64,000 bases of DNA from Savitreella phatthalungensis. Lineage: Eukaryota. The notes beneath the pieces were generated by a model, which did not search any database, was not told where the DNA came from, and saw only the letters and a program-made list of their open reading frames with translations. Made by a program: the position numbers and the translations under genes. Below are positions 9,837-21,571 of this stretch, piece after piece (position 1 is the stretch's first letter; every line of letters starts with the position of its first letter). The stretch spans positions 434,001 through 498,000 of the forward strand of contig AP039697.1 in NCBI GenBank assembly GCA_051599415.1, in the 5' to 3' direction.

Positions 9837-12612
9837 TTATCTATCTCATCTTCTTGACCAAGGTTACATCAATCCTTCCCAGAATTGCCGCGGCTTATGC
9901 CGTCCAGCCAACCAGATGCATCATAACAGATCTTGGTCAGGAAATCACTTCCACACATGAACTAGTCACTCCAGTCGTGACCATCTCCTATCCGTCAGAG
10001 AGACATTCACAGTGCTGGCACGGATCGTTGATTGGTGGGCTGAGCAGTCGATACAAGGGCGCATCACTCGGTCAGTGTGTCGCGTAGATTGTTTTCTGCC
10101 AAAGCTCAAGTAGCATGATACCACGACTTGATGTGCGAAATTTCACTACTGCGATATGTAGAACTTCGTTCCACATTTGCACGCGCACATACTTGTCTCA
10201 TCGCATAGCGAGTCAGATGGTTACATAGTCCTAGTGGTCTGCTGCATTTGATATCGAGCAGCAGCATGCTCACCAGCAGAAGTGATGACTGTGAAGGCGA
10301 CAACGATCACGTGACTTGGTTCAAGATGGCTCGAGCAGTGAGTTACCCTGACTGCCGTAGGACATATTTGTCCTGATTTTCGCTGGGGCAACCGCTCTGA
10401 CTGGCTTCTTGTCCCTGTCCACACGAGGAGATCAGGTACTCTGGTGGTACCGACGATTGGCTCAAGATAGATCGACGCGAGCCGCTCTTGCAGACCGCGG
10501 AATACTAAGTGGACTTTCAGTAAATACATCTACTGATCAGCTACCAGAAACGGAATTTCTCCTACAACTCAAAAAGATCGAAACTATTCCGGTCGATCAT
10601 CACGCGAGATGGGATTGTCTCCGATACACCCCGCTAGATCGATACTGTAGATCCTAGATCTGATGTCTCTGACCTAACTGAGCTGTCACATCAACCGATG
10701 GGTTCTACCAAGACACTGATGAATCCGCGGAAGATCGACCAGTGGCGGGCATGCTATCGTCCAGGCAGCGTGATATTTCACATGGACGACGAGTATTTGA
10801 GACTGTCCTGGACATCGAGTAGGCATGCGTGACATTGTTACGATCTTATCCGCTCCAATGGCGACATCGTCCACCAATCCGGCACCTATCGCGCCGTGCA
10901 TGATCGCCAGGCGAAGCTGGGCAGTCGAGCATACAGTCCAGAACACTTCAAACGCCGGCAATCTGCTTATGGAGTCAAGCTCGTTACATAATTGCAAAGC
11001 TTGATAATAATGACCTTCGTAGCCTATATGGATCCCGTCGACTGCGAATTATAGTGACCGACTGACAAACGAAGCGTCACGTGCAGTGTTCGGGTTATTC
11101 GCCTCGAGGTCCAAGCTCAGTATCGGGAGTCCAGCGGTCTCGTGCTGATGATCTGTGGAGCCTCGTTTACGTGACAGGCCTCGGCTACGAGGATGCAGTC
11201 GAGCACCCGTCATCATCATTATGCGTGGCGCTATGACTGTGCTCAGATTTCCTTCAAGCTTACGAAATTTTGGATCTGAATCAGATCTATCGGGAGAAAT
11301 AATGTCGAGCCCAGTTCCGATACGCTAATTTTGTTTCTCGTTTGAAAGATGTGTTGGCGACGTCAGAGACATATTACATGGCTGCCAATCACCATCTGCA
11401 AAGTCAATCGATCGATTGCCTCCAGTCTACAAAGGGCGGATTAGGACACTGAAGTAGGACTACTCCTCGTCCAACTTCATATCTCATCCAGGAGTAATCC
11501 ATGTCGATCCATTGTAACGGACATAAGCAAAATGACCATGCATCTGGTGCCGAACAAAATTTCACGAAACGCACGAAAGTGAATGTGGGCTTGCCTGAGC
11601 GCAAGAATTTTGTGTCTCAGATTGGTGAGAGCGGCAATCTCCAGCACGTACAGAATCATCTCTTCTTATGTTGCCCACTGGGAACGCTACGCTGGGAGGA
11701 TGGAAATGCGCTCATAGACTGCCCAATCGTCTTGTCTCTGTGAGCAGATAGGTCGATCCACAAATTGATATTGTCAGAGCAGTCAGCTTGGTGGTGGTGA
11801 TTTGTGAATCTGGCTGATTGATGAGTAGACTTGGACTGAAATTGGTCGCGTGTGCACAGCCGTCAAGCGGCTTTTCCTCGGGCAAGTCTGTGAAGTGCTT
11901 ACTCCCCTCCATTTCACACTTGTTAACTTACCTCTTCCTCTTCATCTTCATAATCCATTCCAATTTTCATACTCAGCCAGGCCATTCCTCCCAAATTAGC
12001 TTGGAAAGGCGGTCTCTCCCAAAAGTGTCCGTTCATCTGCCCGTCCGTCTGACCGAGCGTCCTATTAGCAGGTAGCTTGTCAGAGTCTATATCATCTCTG
12101 GGGTCTACCCTTTCAAACACACATCATACGCTCGAACGTCGCGCGACACATTGCTCCCCAAAGTCCCTACATCGGAGTTTCCCAAAGACTTAATCTGTCT
12201 TGCTGATTCCGCTTGTCGACTGAACGATATTATCTTCTCCTTTTGAGTGAGATTTCAACAGCTAATTAGACGCGAGCAAGGGTCACAGGAGTGATCTGCA
12301 CATTTTCCTAATCTGCACAAGACCGCGAGCGCAACCTTCAACCTGTAACAGGCGGCCATCTGCGACGTTTGCCATCCTCCAAGTGCGCACTCGAGTCTTC
12401 CACCAGAGCGTTTGAATTGCCAAGCGCGCTCTCCATCGCCCTCACAGTTCGATCACGTTCCTTTGCCAGGGCACCAGAGCACGCGCATCCTCAATTGGTC
12501 GTCCTCGTGATCTAGGCCAGACATCCAACCACCTTCCTTTACAGCTTTGCCAATTGTCAGCAAGCTCGGCGACTTATCCTATCAAGGCAAGAAAGCGCAG
12601 GCGAGCTCATTC

Positions 12613-13323
12613 ATGACAATGCTTACAAGCACGACAAATTCTCCTTATTGTAATGCAGGCAGTGGCCACGCGACACCTGTGTCAATGGCTTCCAGCGTCG
12701 GCGTCGGCGCAGGCACAAATACCGGCGGTGTGATGGAAAGAAGTACGCTAAGTCGTCACTCAAGTATGTCCAAGACACCTAGATCGACAACGATTTCCGT
12801 GCCAGCGTCTCCGGCGTCGCAATTCTCATCAGATCTCTCAGAATCAGAAGCGGACCTAGAAGCCCGGGAGCGCGAGGACGCGGTGAGCTTTGCAAGTCTG
12901 CGATACTACACAACGACCACCTCACGCCGCGCCTCACAACCTTCCATCTGCGCAATCAGCTCGACCACCCCGCCGACCACATCCTCAGGCGCAACCACCC
13001 CATCATACACTCCTTCATCCCCCACCACCAGCTCTACCTCGACATCGAGAACACCGAGCATGCGTCAGCGCCAGCGATCCCTCTCGACCGATGCACGACC
13101 TCTTCATTGCTCAGAGGATATCGGTGAGCTCGAGTTTATCGTAGGTTTGCGGAGTTTGTCACAGCTGAAACAGGCGTGCCGGCGGCAGTGTCCAAGAGAC
13201 CCTCGTCGTGCACTTGTCATGTTCTCACTCCTGAAGGACGACTTTGACAGCTACAGAGACAAACCACTCGACCATATCCCACCACGATACAGACCCTTCT
13301 TCAACGATCTTCGTCGCGAGTGA
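12613..13323 (+). CDS. Hypothetical Ser/Thr-rich protein with a small C-terminal helical domain
   Basis: First in-frame ATG at 12613. Low-complexity N-terminus, ordered-looking C-terminus (LEFIVGLRSLSQLKQACRRQCPRDPRRALVMFSLL). Confidence 0.6.
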   Translation: MTMLTSTTNSPYCNAGSGHATPVSMASSVGVGAGTNTGGVMERSTLSRHSSMSKTPRSTTISVPASPASQFSSDLSESEADLEAREREDAVSFASLRYYTTTTSRRASQPSICAISSTTPPTTSSGATTPSYTPSSPTTSSTSTSRTPSMRQRQRSLSTDARPLHCSEDIGELEFIVGLRSLSQLKQACRRQCPRDPRRALVMFSLLKDDFDSYRDKPLDHIPPRYRPFFNDLRRE

Positions 13324-13575
13324 CCTCGTCAAGAACACTAAACTCTTATTCCCCTCTCCTCTCTCTCTTCAAGCGATGGCAATTCATAACCTCTTTCTTC
13401 TTAGATCAATCGAATCATCCTTCTCATCTCATGCACGCCACGATGTTTTGTGAGTGACTGACTGAATCTTTCACTACTGATCTCGTATGGGGTACTAAAC
13501 TGTACTGTGCATTTGCATTGGATGGACTCTAGTGATACGTACATTCGTGTGTGTGTATAAGGAGTGGGAAGTTGA

Positions 13576-14691
13576 TTAATCCGCCTTTGCAAGGATCAAG
13601 GTGGTTCCAAAGACCTTGTCCCAGAACTTTGACGAGACGCCGTAACCGAGTTCGTAGTTCTGGTAGTGGTGAGCGAGGTGGTACGACTTGAGTTCCTTCC
13701 AGAGGGACGGCAGGTTCTTGTGGTGGAGGAAGTAGTGGGTAAGGTCGTAGATGACGTAGCCGAGGATGCCGCCGCTGAAGATGGCCATGGCGTAGTAGCG
13801 CGGGAAGAGTGCCAGTGCGAGTCTCCAGAACGGCGTCGCCAGGATGAGGAACAAGGTAGGTGGCATCACGAGACGGAGGCGGTCCATCGGTAGGTAGTGG
13901 TGGACGCCGTGGAGGAGGAAGTGGAGAGTGCAGGCGGCAGGGTGATCAGGCATGTACTCGTCCACGTGGAAGAGGAACCGGTGCATCGCGTACTCGACCA
14001 GCGTCCAAATCGCCAAACCGAGCGGGAAGCACTGTAGCGTTGCGAGTGTGCCGATGTGCGACCAGGCGGTGTACGTACCGAATGCGATACATGGCAGCCA
14101 GACGATCGGAATCACGTACCACGGTGTCTTCGACAGAGGCTCGAGGAAGTTGCCAAACAGCGGAGCACTTGCGCCACCTTTGTAGTGACGTGGTCTGTGT
14201 ACTTGCTCGAGGTAGAACTGCTTCGAGAATCCGCCCCGCCAGACCTGCATCAACATCGGCTTGTTGAGGTCGATGAACTTGTGGGTTTTGTGGTCGAGGT
14301 CATAGTCCGTGTCCTTTGACAGGTCGGCAGCGCATGAAAGACCTGTCAACTCAAATACTTCCCGAGCATGCTCAGACTCCTCCATCGTCTGCAGCTTCCC
14401 ATCTGCGACCTCAGACGGCACTGCCTTGTGCGCTGTCGGCAGCACACCGATACAGTACTCTTCTAGAATATCGAATGCGCCGTCGCTGTGTGAGTGTGAG
14501 ACTGGATCTTCCATTGGACCCCGAATGTCCTTTCCAGCGTATTCTAGAATCAATTCACCACCGCCTGGATGGTCGTCTAGGAACTCTGTCACATCATATA
14601 CCCGATCTGTCGAGTCCATTGTGACCCAACATGATTTGGCGGTATTGTGCTTGTTGAGCTCGTCGCGGGTGATGGTGCGCAAGCTCGTCAT
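13576..14691 (-). CDS. SCS7: Sphingolipid fatty acid 2-hydroxylase (cytochrome b5 domain plus hydroxylase domain)
   Basis: HPGG b5 heme motif; His boxes HRFLFH, HGVHH, HYFLHH, HLAHH; QVHRPRHY and LEPLSKTPWY motifs. Confidence 0.95.
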   Translation of the reverse strand: MTSLRTITRDELNKHNTAKSCWVTMDSTDRVYDVTEFLDDHPGGGELILEYAGKDIRGPMEDPVSHSHSDGAFDILEEYCIGVLPTAHKAVPSEVADGKLQTMEESEHAREVFELTGLSCAADLSKDTDYDLDHKTHKFIDLNKPMLMQVWRGGFSKQFYLEQVHRPRHYKGGASAPLFGNFLEPLSKTPWYVIPIVWLPCIAFGTYTAWSHIGTLATLQCFPLGLAIWTLVEYAMHRFLFHVDEYMPDHPAACTLHFLLHGVHHYLPMDRLRLVMPPTLFLILATPFWRLALALFPRYYAMAIFSGGILGYVIYDLTHYFLHHKNLPSLWKELKSYHLAHHYQNYELGYGVSSKFWDKVFGTTLILAKAD

Positions 14692-15602
14692 CGCGCTCTA
14701 GGACTGTGGCTTGCGAGCGGGATAGAGACTCGGAAGATTATAAGACGCGCGCGCTTGTGCTAATCGACGCGGGTGTGGTGATTCTAACGTGAAGCTTTGG
14801 ACCAGGGGTTGATGAGGAGGAGGGAGGGATGAAGATATATTGTTTTTGTATGACAAAGGTGAAGATCGTGTTAAGGGAATATGTGTGATTTTGATGTGCT
14901 GAGGAATCTCCCTTCCGGATCGTACGTATGCACATGCACAAAGGCGCTCAATGATCGAATGAGGTTCATTAGCTATAAGAAAAAATGACCTTTCTACTCC
15001 GAATCAAAATATTTCAAGAATTTCCATTTCTGTTTCAATTAGAAGTTCAATCAAATAAGATCAAGAGTCTGTGAGATCATTCACCCGGGTCACTACGTCA
15101 AATTCAGTTCCATCACGAGTGGTCTGCAATTGCAGCAGTAATCAACCGCGATAGATGATTACGAATATCATATTCTGATGTTACGATCAATGTGGCATTA
15201 ATTCTATACCAATTTCCATCCCCTTCACACATGTTCTACTCTGCCCAGGCCAAGCACCTAGATATATGTATGCAACTATGCTCACATATGTGCATGTGTG
15301 TGTGTGTGTCTCTCTCTAGCTCTTTCTTCGGTCATTCTTATTAAATTTTGCTCAATGGAGTTGTTTCTATAGATCCAGAAAGTATTAAATCAATCGATCA
15401 GAAGGCCTTGGTTGCTCTTCGTGAGATCCGCGGATAAAATGGAAGTCCCGAGGACATTGATCATGGGCGGAAGAACGTCATTCCTTCCATTTCCACCCGG
15501 ACAGCCACTCAGATGGTCGGCGACAATCATGTGTATATGCTCCCTATGCAGACTATCTTGCAAGCCATATGCAGATTCTGGAGAATTCCCGCTACCTTAC
15601 AT

Positions 15603-17457
15603 CTATAGCACAGCCTTCTCCGTCGAGGCGTTCTCACTCCCACTCTCCTTCTCCGACTCGGTCGAGTGTTCTTTTGCTTGATCTTTAGAGACACGTAGTT
15701 CGCCAAGACCGTACCAGGCGATGGCGAGCATGCCGATGACCGCACACAGGGCGTTGAAGAACAAGGCGACGATACCCTTCCTCGTGATACCATCTGGAAT
15801 CGGACCTGCCGGAACTGCCTGTCCCGTGAGATCCAAGAGATTCGTCTTCCCCGCAGCATTGCCGTAAACGTTCACACCCTGAGCCATGCAATTAGCAAAT
15901 TGAGCAGCCGGTACATCCTGCCCAGCAATCAGATCAGGCGCTGTGATGATAGTGCTGACAAAGCCGGAGATCTGGTGGAACTGTTTTGGGAAGCGTTAGT
16001 ATTCTGAGTGACAGGAGGGAGATTTTTGAAAGGCTTACGGAAATGTGGCAGTGGAAAGAGGCGACACCGACATTGTCAGCCACATAGCGAATCACCGCGT
16101 GACCGTTACCAGGCACCTGCACAACGTCACGCCGCATCGGGTTCGCAGGCTCCTCCCAGGTCTCGGAAGCGTTGAACGGACCAAGTCCACGCTTGACGAC
16201 CTGGAAGGTGTAGTGGTGATGGTGGATCGGATGCATATTCGCGTCTTCGTTGTTGATGACGATCTGGACATGAGCATTGTACTTGACCACGTCCGTGATC
16301 GTGTAGTCGCCGTAGATCGTCGTATCGAACGGTAAAGAGCTGTTGCCGGAGTTGCCAGCCGCCATGGCCGTGTACATGGTCGGTGTCTTTGGCATCACAT
16401 ACGTCTTACCGTTGAAAAAGGCATAGTTGATACCGTCTGCCAAGTTGTCAAAGGTGAAGTTCCGGTCGAGGAAGGTATCTGCCTTGATCGGTGCGAGCTC
16501 CACCACAGGCTCGAAATTGAAGTCGTCAGCATCGTCGTATTCCTGACGAATTTTTGGGGTCGGTAGGCTCTTGCTCTTGTCGTACACTAGATAGCCAGTG
16601 ACATTGTTATTGAGTGCCGCCGGAACGGTGTCGAACATGCTCGTGTCCATGGATCCGACCATGGCAAAATTCGAAGTCGTGTCGTCCTTGGTAGTGACGA
16701 GGAGAGAGTATCGCTGGGCCGCACCCAGGGCGATGGCGCTTGCTGCGTAAGGCTTTGTGTCAACTCCGTCGACCTCGATGACCTGCATGTCGTGACCTTC
16801 GATCCAAAAGTGAAACATGGCGAATGCTGCGACGTTGAGGACGCGAATGCGGTAGGTCTTTCCTGGCTGCACGCTGAATGTCGTGTTCTGCTGGTCATTC
16901 ATCAGTGCTGCATCCGGCACGGGCTCTGCGCCAGTCGGATTCCTGTAGGATACAAACTTGGGCAGGAGAGATTGGACGGGCTGATGGTACCAGTCGCTGA
17001 GATAGACTGTAATGTCCTCATCATAGCTGTACGTCTCCGAAGGCGAGTTGATGATAAATGGAGTTCTCAGCCCGTCTGGCCATTGTCCTGCTGTGTGTGA
17101 ATGGATCCAGTATGTGCCGTTCTGCTCAAGGGTGTAGTTGTACAGCATGCTGCCACCCACCGGAATGGGACATTGCGTCATGCCAGGGACACCGTCCGCC
17201 CAGGATCTACCGTGCTGGAAGAATCCGTGGGCGTGCATTGATGTTGGCTGATCGCCGAGCTGATTGTTGACGGTGAGCTCGACCTGATCGCCATAGTCGT
17301 AGGCGAGCTGTGGGATCGGCCAAGCATTGTTGACGCCGATGACTGTACGTGGATTTCCTGACTTGTCTGGGTCTACGCCATGGACGTATGTGATATTCCA
17401 GTCGAGCTTGTGTGTCGCAGCAAGTGCACCTGTAGCAAATAGACCTGCAATGAGCAT
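15603..17457 (-). CDS. FET3: Multicopper ferroxidase; exons 16039-17457 and 15603-15980, about 598 aa
   Basis: Copper motifs HAHG, WIHSH, HPIHHH and HCHISFH (the last joined across a 58-nt intron, 15981-16038: GTAAGC...TACTAAC...CAG). Fe-binding GAEPVP and NYAFFN; C-terminal TM helix; divergent from FTR1. Confidence 0.93.
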
Positions 17458-17920
17458 GGCTATCGTTGAGCCTTGGACGAGAGGAGAGAGTGACCAGGAA
17501 GAAGGAAGAATGAGTATCTTTGAAGAACAAGGTCAAAGGCACATATACAGTTCGCGAGCGACGACCAGACTGGTGGATGACCGTCTGAGTTGATGCTGAT
17601 ATCGATGTCGAGCAAGGATGATGGTAGATGGAAAGTTACCTTTCGAGAGCGTGAGAGTGGGAGTGAAAAGATCTCGATCGAGAGTGAGAACAGGCGACTA
17701 GTTGAAGCGGGAGAGATACCCGTCAGAGGTAGGCAGAGGAGATCAAGAGAGAGGGAGAGAGAGAGAGAGAGATTGTGATAGAAAGAGATGGTGAAGTAGT
17801 GATTTAGACGACTGACTGACTGGCTGATTGAAGGAACTCACTACCTGGTAGAAAGTTTGAATGACTTCTTTTGACTCTTGTGCTTTTTACACGTTTAAAC
17901 TCTTCACCGTGGTTAGGAGA

Positions 17921-18442
17921 ATCAGATTAAGCGGAAGAGGCTGCACATGGCAAGAGTGGTAAAACTGCTCCACTGCTTCCTCTTCTTTTCTTCTCTCCGG
18001 GTTAGAACAATCGTTGAGTTGACCCAGATCAGACCGATGTTCATGTTTTTCGTCAATGAAAGGCGAGCAAATTGAATTGAAATAAAAAATCAGGATCAGA
18101 TAATCGGCAAAATGATTCATTCAAGAGGTCGGAACTCTAGATCCGCAGTATCTGATTGAATGAGCTTAAATCTGGTATAACTAAACAGGAAAATCGATCG
18201 ACCATCCTCAAACTTGTGCAGCCCAATAGCTTCCCAAGTCTGAAGTAGCTTTCCAATTAATTCTGCTGCTGCCGCTCCTGTTGCTACTACTACTCATGCT
18301 GGTTGTCTCCAGCTCCAAAGTTCAAATTGTTTATCTGATCTACTCCTCCGTCTACACTTTCCCCTCCTGACCTTTTCTTCTTCCTCTTCCTTCCGAACAG
18401 ACCATGCCAGTTCGATTCTGAGTGTGGATCTGGATCTGATAT
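17921..18442. promoter_or_regulatory. Iron-responsive GATA (SreA/Fep1-type ATCWGATAA) sites in the bidirectional FET3-FTR1 promoter
   Basis: Exact ATCAGATAA at 18095-18103 and its reverse complement TTATCTGAT at 18331-18339. One-mismatch copies at 17921, 18148 and 18434. Confidence 0.75.
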
Positions 18443-18905
18443 AGTCAGGTAGTCTATCAAAATTCTACTCCAGCACTAGTCATCTGAACCGGTCATCCAT
18501 CGCGTATTATACACTTGATGAGAAGAGAAAGCGAGTGAGGAAGAGCGTGAGCAGGGGCAAGTGTCCGTATAGCCGAAAGCTCATCAATCTATACTATAGC
18601 CAGCAGCAAGTCATACACTACGTTCGAACAGAACGTACGCTACAACGTACAGTCAATCACAATCACAAGTGAAGAAATCTTCAAACCTCGTCTGACGAGT
18701 CTTCAAAATCACCCAGGCCGTCAATCAGGTCACTCGCTCGTTACTCAATCACTCATACACTCACCCACGTCCACCTCTCCGATCATCCGTCCTTCTCAGG
18801 CACTGCCCAAAAAGTCTGCTTGCATCCTCGACTCGTCGTCCAGCATCCCCTCTATCGATTCGAAAGTCTTTGGCGGCATTCCAAAGACACGCAACACGCC
18901 TAGTC

Positions 18906-20354
18906 ATGGGCTCCGCAGACGTCTTCAGCGTGCCCGTCTTCTTCATCGTCTTCCGAGAATGTCTAGAGGCGTCCATCATCGTTGCAGTCCTGCTAGCCTT
19001 CGTCGACCGAGCAGTAGCAACTCTCGCTCCGAATGACAGGGCAGCAGTCCAACGAACACACGCATGCCGCAAGTGCAATATTGACCCGGTCGCCCGTCTA
19101 CGCCGTCGCTTTGTTCGTCAAATTTGGCTCGGAGCAGGCATCGGTCTCGCAATCTGTCTCGTACTTGGCGGTGCCTTCATTGGGGCCTTCTATTCTCTTC
19201 AGAAGGATATCTGGGGCAAGTCAGAGGATCTCTGGGAGGGCATCTTCTCCATGATTGCCGCAGTCCTCATCACAATCATGGGTCTGGCCATGCTCCGGAT
19301 CAATCGACTGCGTGGCAAGTGGCAGGCGAAACTCGCAGCCTCCTTCGACGCCCGCATGGAAGAGGTCGAGGCAGCCAAACGCGAGGCCAGACAGGCACGT
19401 CTAGCCGAGATGTCCCCATATAAGCGTTTCACCCACCGCATCGGCCACTTCACCAAATCTCATGCGATGTTCATCCTCCCTTTCGTCACCGTCCTTCGCG
19501 AGGGTCTAGAATGCGTCGTCTTCGTCGGCGGCATCGGTCTTTCTACGCCGGCAAAGGCATTCCCTCTGCCAGTCTTCTGTGGTCTTCTGACGGGTTTCTT
19601 TGTCGGCTACCTGATTTACAGGGGCAACCGGTATGTGTCGATCGAGATCTTCCTCGTTCTATCGACCTGGATCCTCTACCTCGTCGCCGCCGGTCTGTTC
19701 TCCAAGTCAATTGGTTTCTTTGAGGCTAACCAATGGAACAAGCTTGTCGGTGGTGGGGATGTGGATGAGGCAGGCTCTGGCCCCGGGTCATATAACATCA
19801 AATGGACAATCTGGCACGTGAATTACGGCAATCCGGAAATCAAGACGTCTGGGTATGGCTGGCAAGTCTTCAATGCCGTCCTAGGCTGGAACAATACAGG
19901 CACATACGGCACCACTATCGGATACTGTCTCTACTGGGTTGCAATCACGCTTGCGATCGTTTGGATGCGAATGGGCGAGCGCCATCCTACGCACCCGGTG
20001 TTTGTGGCCGCCCGAAAGGCCAAGGCGAGTCTGCAAAAGCTGAAGCCATGGCACAGGAGCAAGGCAGCGACTGTATCCTCCAGCGACGTGATTGCCTCGT
20101 CCACTGATAGAGAAGCGGCGATCATTGAGGAGAAGTTTGCCGAGATCGACTACACAATTCCTGCGGCGAAGAAGGTGAGCGAGAGTCAAGGCGGATGTTG
20201 TGGTGGGGGCAGATGTGGGGAGAAAAACGTCAAGGACAATCACAGCCAATCAGCTACGAATAATCACGTGCCCGGAACAACAACTACACTGAGCACCTAC
20301 GAAGTTGAACCTACACCCACAGAAGAGATTACACCGGCCATCAATCGTGTATGA
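18906..20354 (+). CDS. FTR1: High-affinity iron permease
   Basis: Two RExxE motifs (FRECLE, LREGLE), EDLWEGIF and FNAVLGW motifs, multiple TM helices; ATG at 18906. Confidence 0.95.
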   Translation: MGSADVFSVPVFFIVFRECLEASIIVAVLLAFVDRAVATLAPNDRAAVQRTHACRKCNIDPVARLRRRFVRQIWLGAGIGLAICLVLGGAFIGAFYSLQKDIWGKSEDLWEGIFSMIAAVLITIMGLAMLRINRLRGKWQAKLAASFDARMEEVEAAKREARQARLAEMSPYKRFTHRIGHFTKSHAMFILPFVTVLREGLECVVFVGGIGLSTPAKAFPLPVFCGLLTGFFVGYLIYRGNRYVSIEIFLVLSTWILYLVAAGLFSKSIGFFEANQWNKLVGGGDVDEAGSGPGSYNIKWTIWHVNYGNPEIKTSGYGWQVFNAVLGWNNTGTYGTTIGYCLYWVAITLAIVWMRMGERHPTHPVFVAARKAKASLQKLKPWHRSKAATVSSSDVIASSTDREAAIIEEKFAEIDYTIPAAKKVSESQGGCCGGGRCGEKNVKDNHSQSATNNHVPGTTTTLSTYEVEPTPTEEITPAINRV

Positions 20355-21571
20355 GCAGACACAGACACATCTCGAGTGAGAGTGAGAGTGTGAGGGAGAG
20401 TGAGATCGAGCTGGTTGAAGATCAGGATATACTACTGCACATGATATGATAATATCTGAGCACGCTCTACATATCTACGCGTCAATTCCGATCGAATTCC
20501 CTTTGACAAAGATTGATGGGCATAACCTTGGACATGGAAGCTGTGACCTAGTCGTGAAGAGCTATTGAGCTTCTTGTCACGACTACGTCTTTCATCTGTC
20601 TCTGTCCCCACTCCAGCCCCTAGATCATGGATTCTTGGTATAGCTCCAATTGTGCCTTTGGGGTCCCGCGCACAAGCATGACTTTACCTATTTTTTCCTT
20701 TTTTGGGGTGGGCTGAAGTGGTTGTAGATTGATGGAAGAATTTCAAAATTTTGAAAGATATCTCTTTTGGCCTTTGTCAGATTGAAAAACGGAGCTATGA
20801 CGCACTTTGTCCATATGCCATCGACATGACTTAAGATATCCTCTAAGCTGCTAAGGCCAAAACCATATCAGTACCAAAAATGACCAGAAGTGAAAGGGAT
20901 CAGATCAGAAAGTCAGGTAGTCGTAGTACTGCCGCTAAACCAAGACCCGAAAGAACTTCATATCCTCCTACCTTCTTCCTCCCTTCTCTACCTGTGCTTC
21001 TCTCTGCTTCGCTGCCTCTTGGATGGCATTGCGCGCGATCGCAACAACTACATCATATCCTTGACAAGACGCAATCGACACACTTGACCTACAATACCAG
21101 AAGACATCAATCGATCGGCACGCAGATATATACAGACACGCTCGCGCACACTTGTGTACAAGAACGCGCGCTTGCAATTACCTCATACAGTCCAAACACG
21201 AGACGACAGGATCGCGCGAGCCTTTGATCGTCCAACGGAACTTCCATTCAGAATCTACGCGGAACATGGTCCAGAGTCTAGTCTCAAACCACTAAGCAGT
21301 CCTACCTTATTCCGCTCTTGACAGCCGAAACTCAGGACTTTCTGACTTCCGCCGTTACACAAGCCCGACCGCGAGAGCTCGACAGCTCGGACACCCCGGA
21401 TTTCGTAACAGTGACGTATCCGCACACTTGACAGGATACACAAATACTTACGTCTACGACCTCCTACGCGTGAACACTTCCTCCAACCATCCTTCACAAC
21501 CACCAAATCGATCTGGCCAGTCCAAAGGAGGGGTTCACCGTACAGCACAGGCAAATCGAGTAAATCAAGTC

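Noticed and set aside
17745..17771. (GA)n run, and similar (TG)n and (TCTGCT)n runs near 15296, 28049 and 28236
   Set aside because: Ordinary microsatellites.
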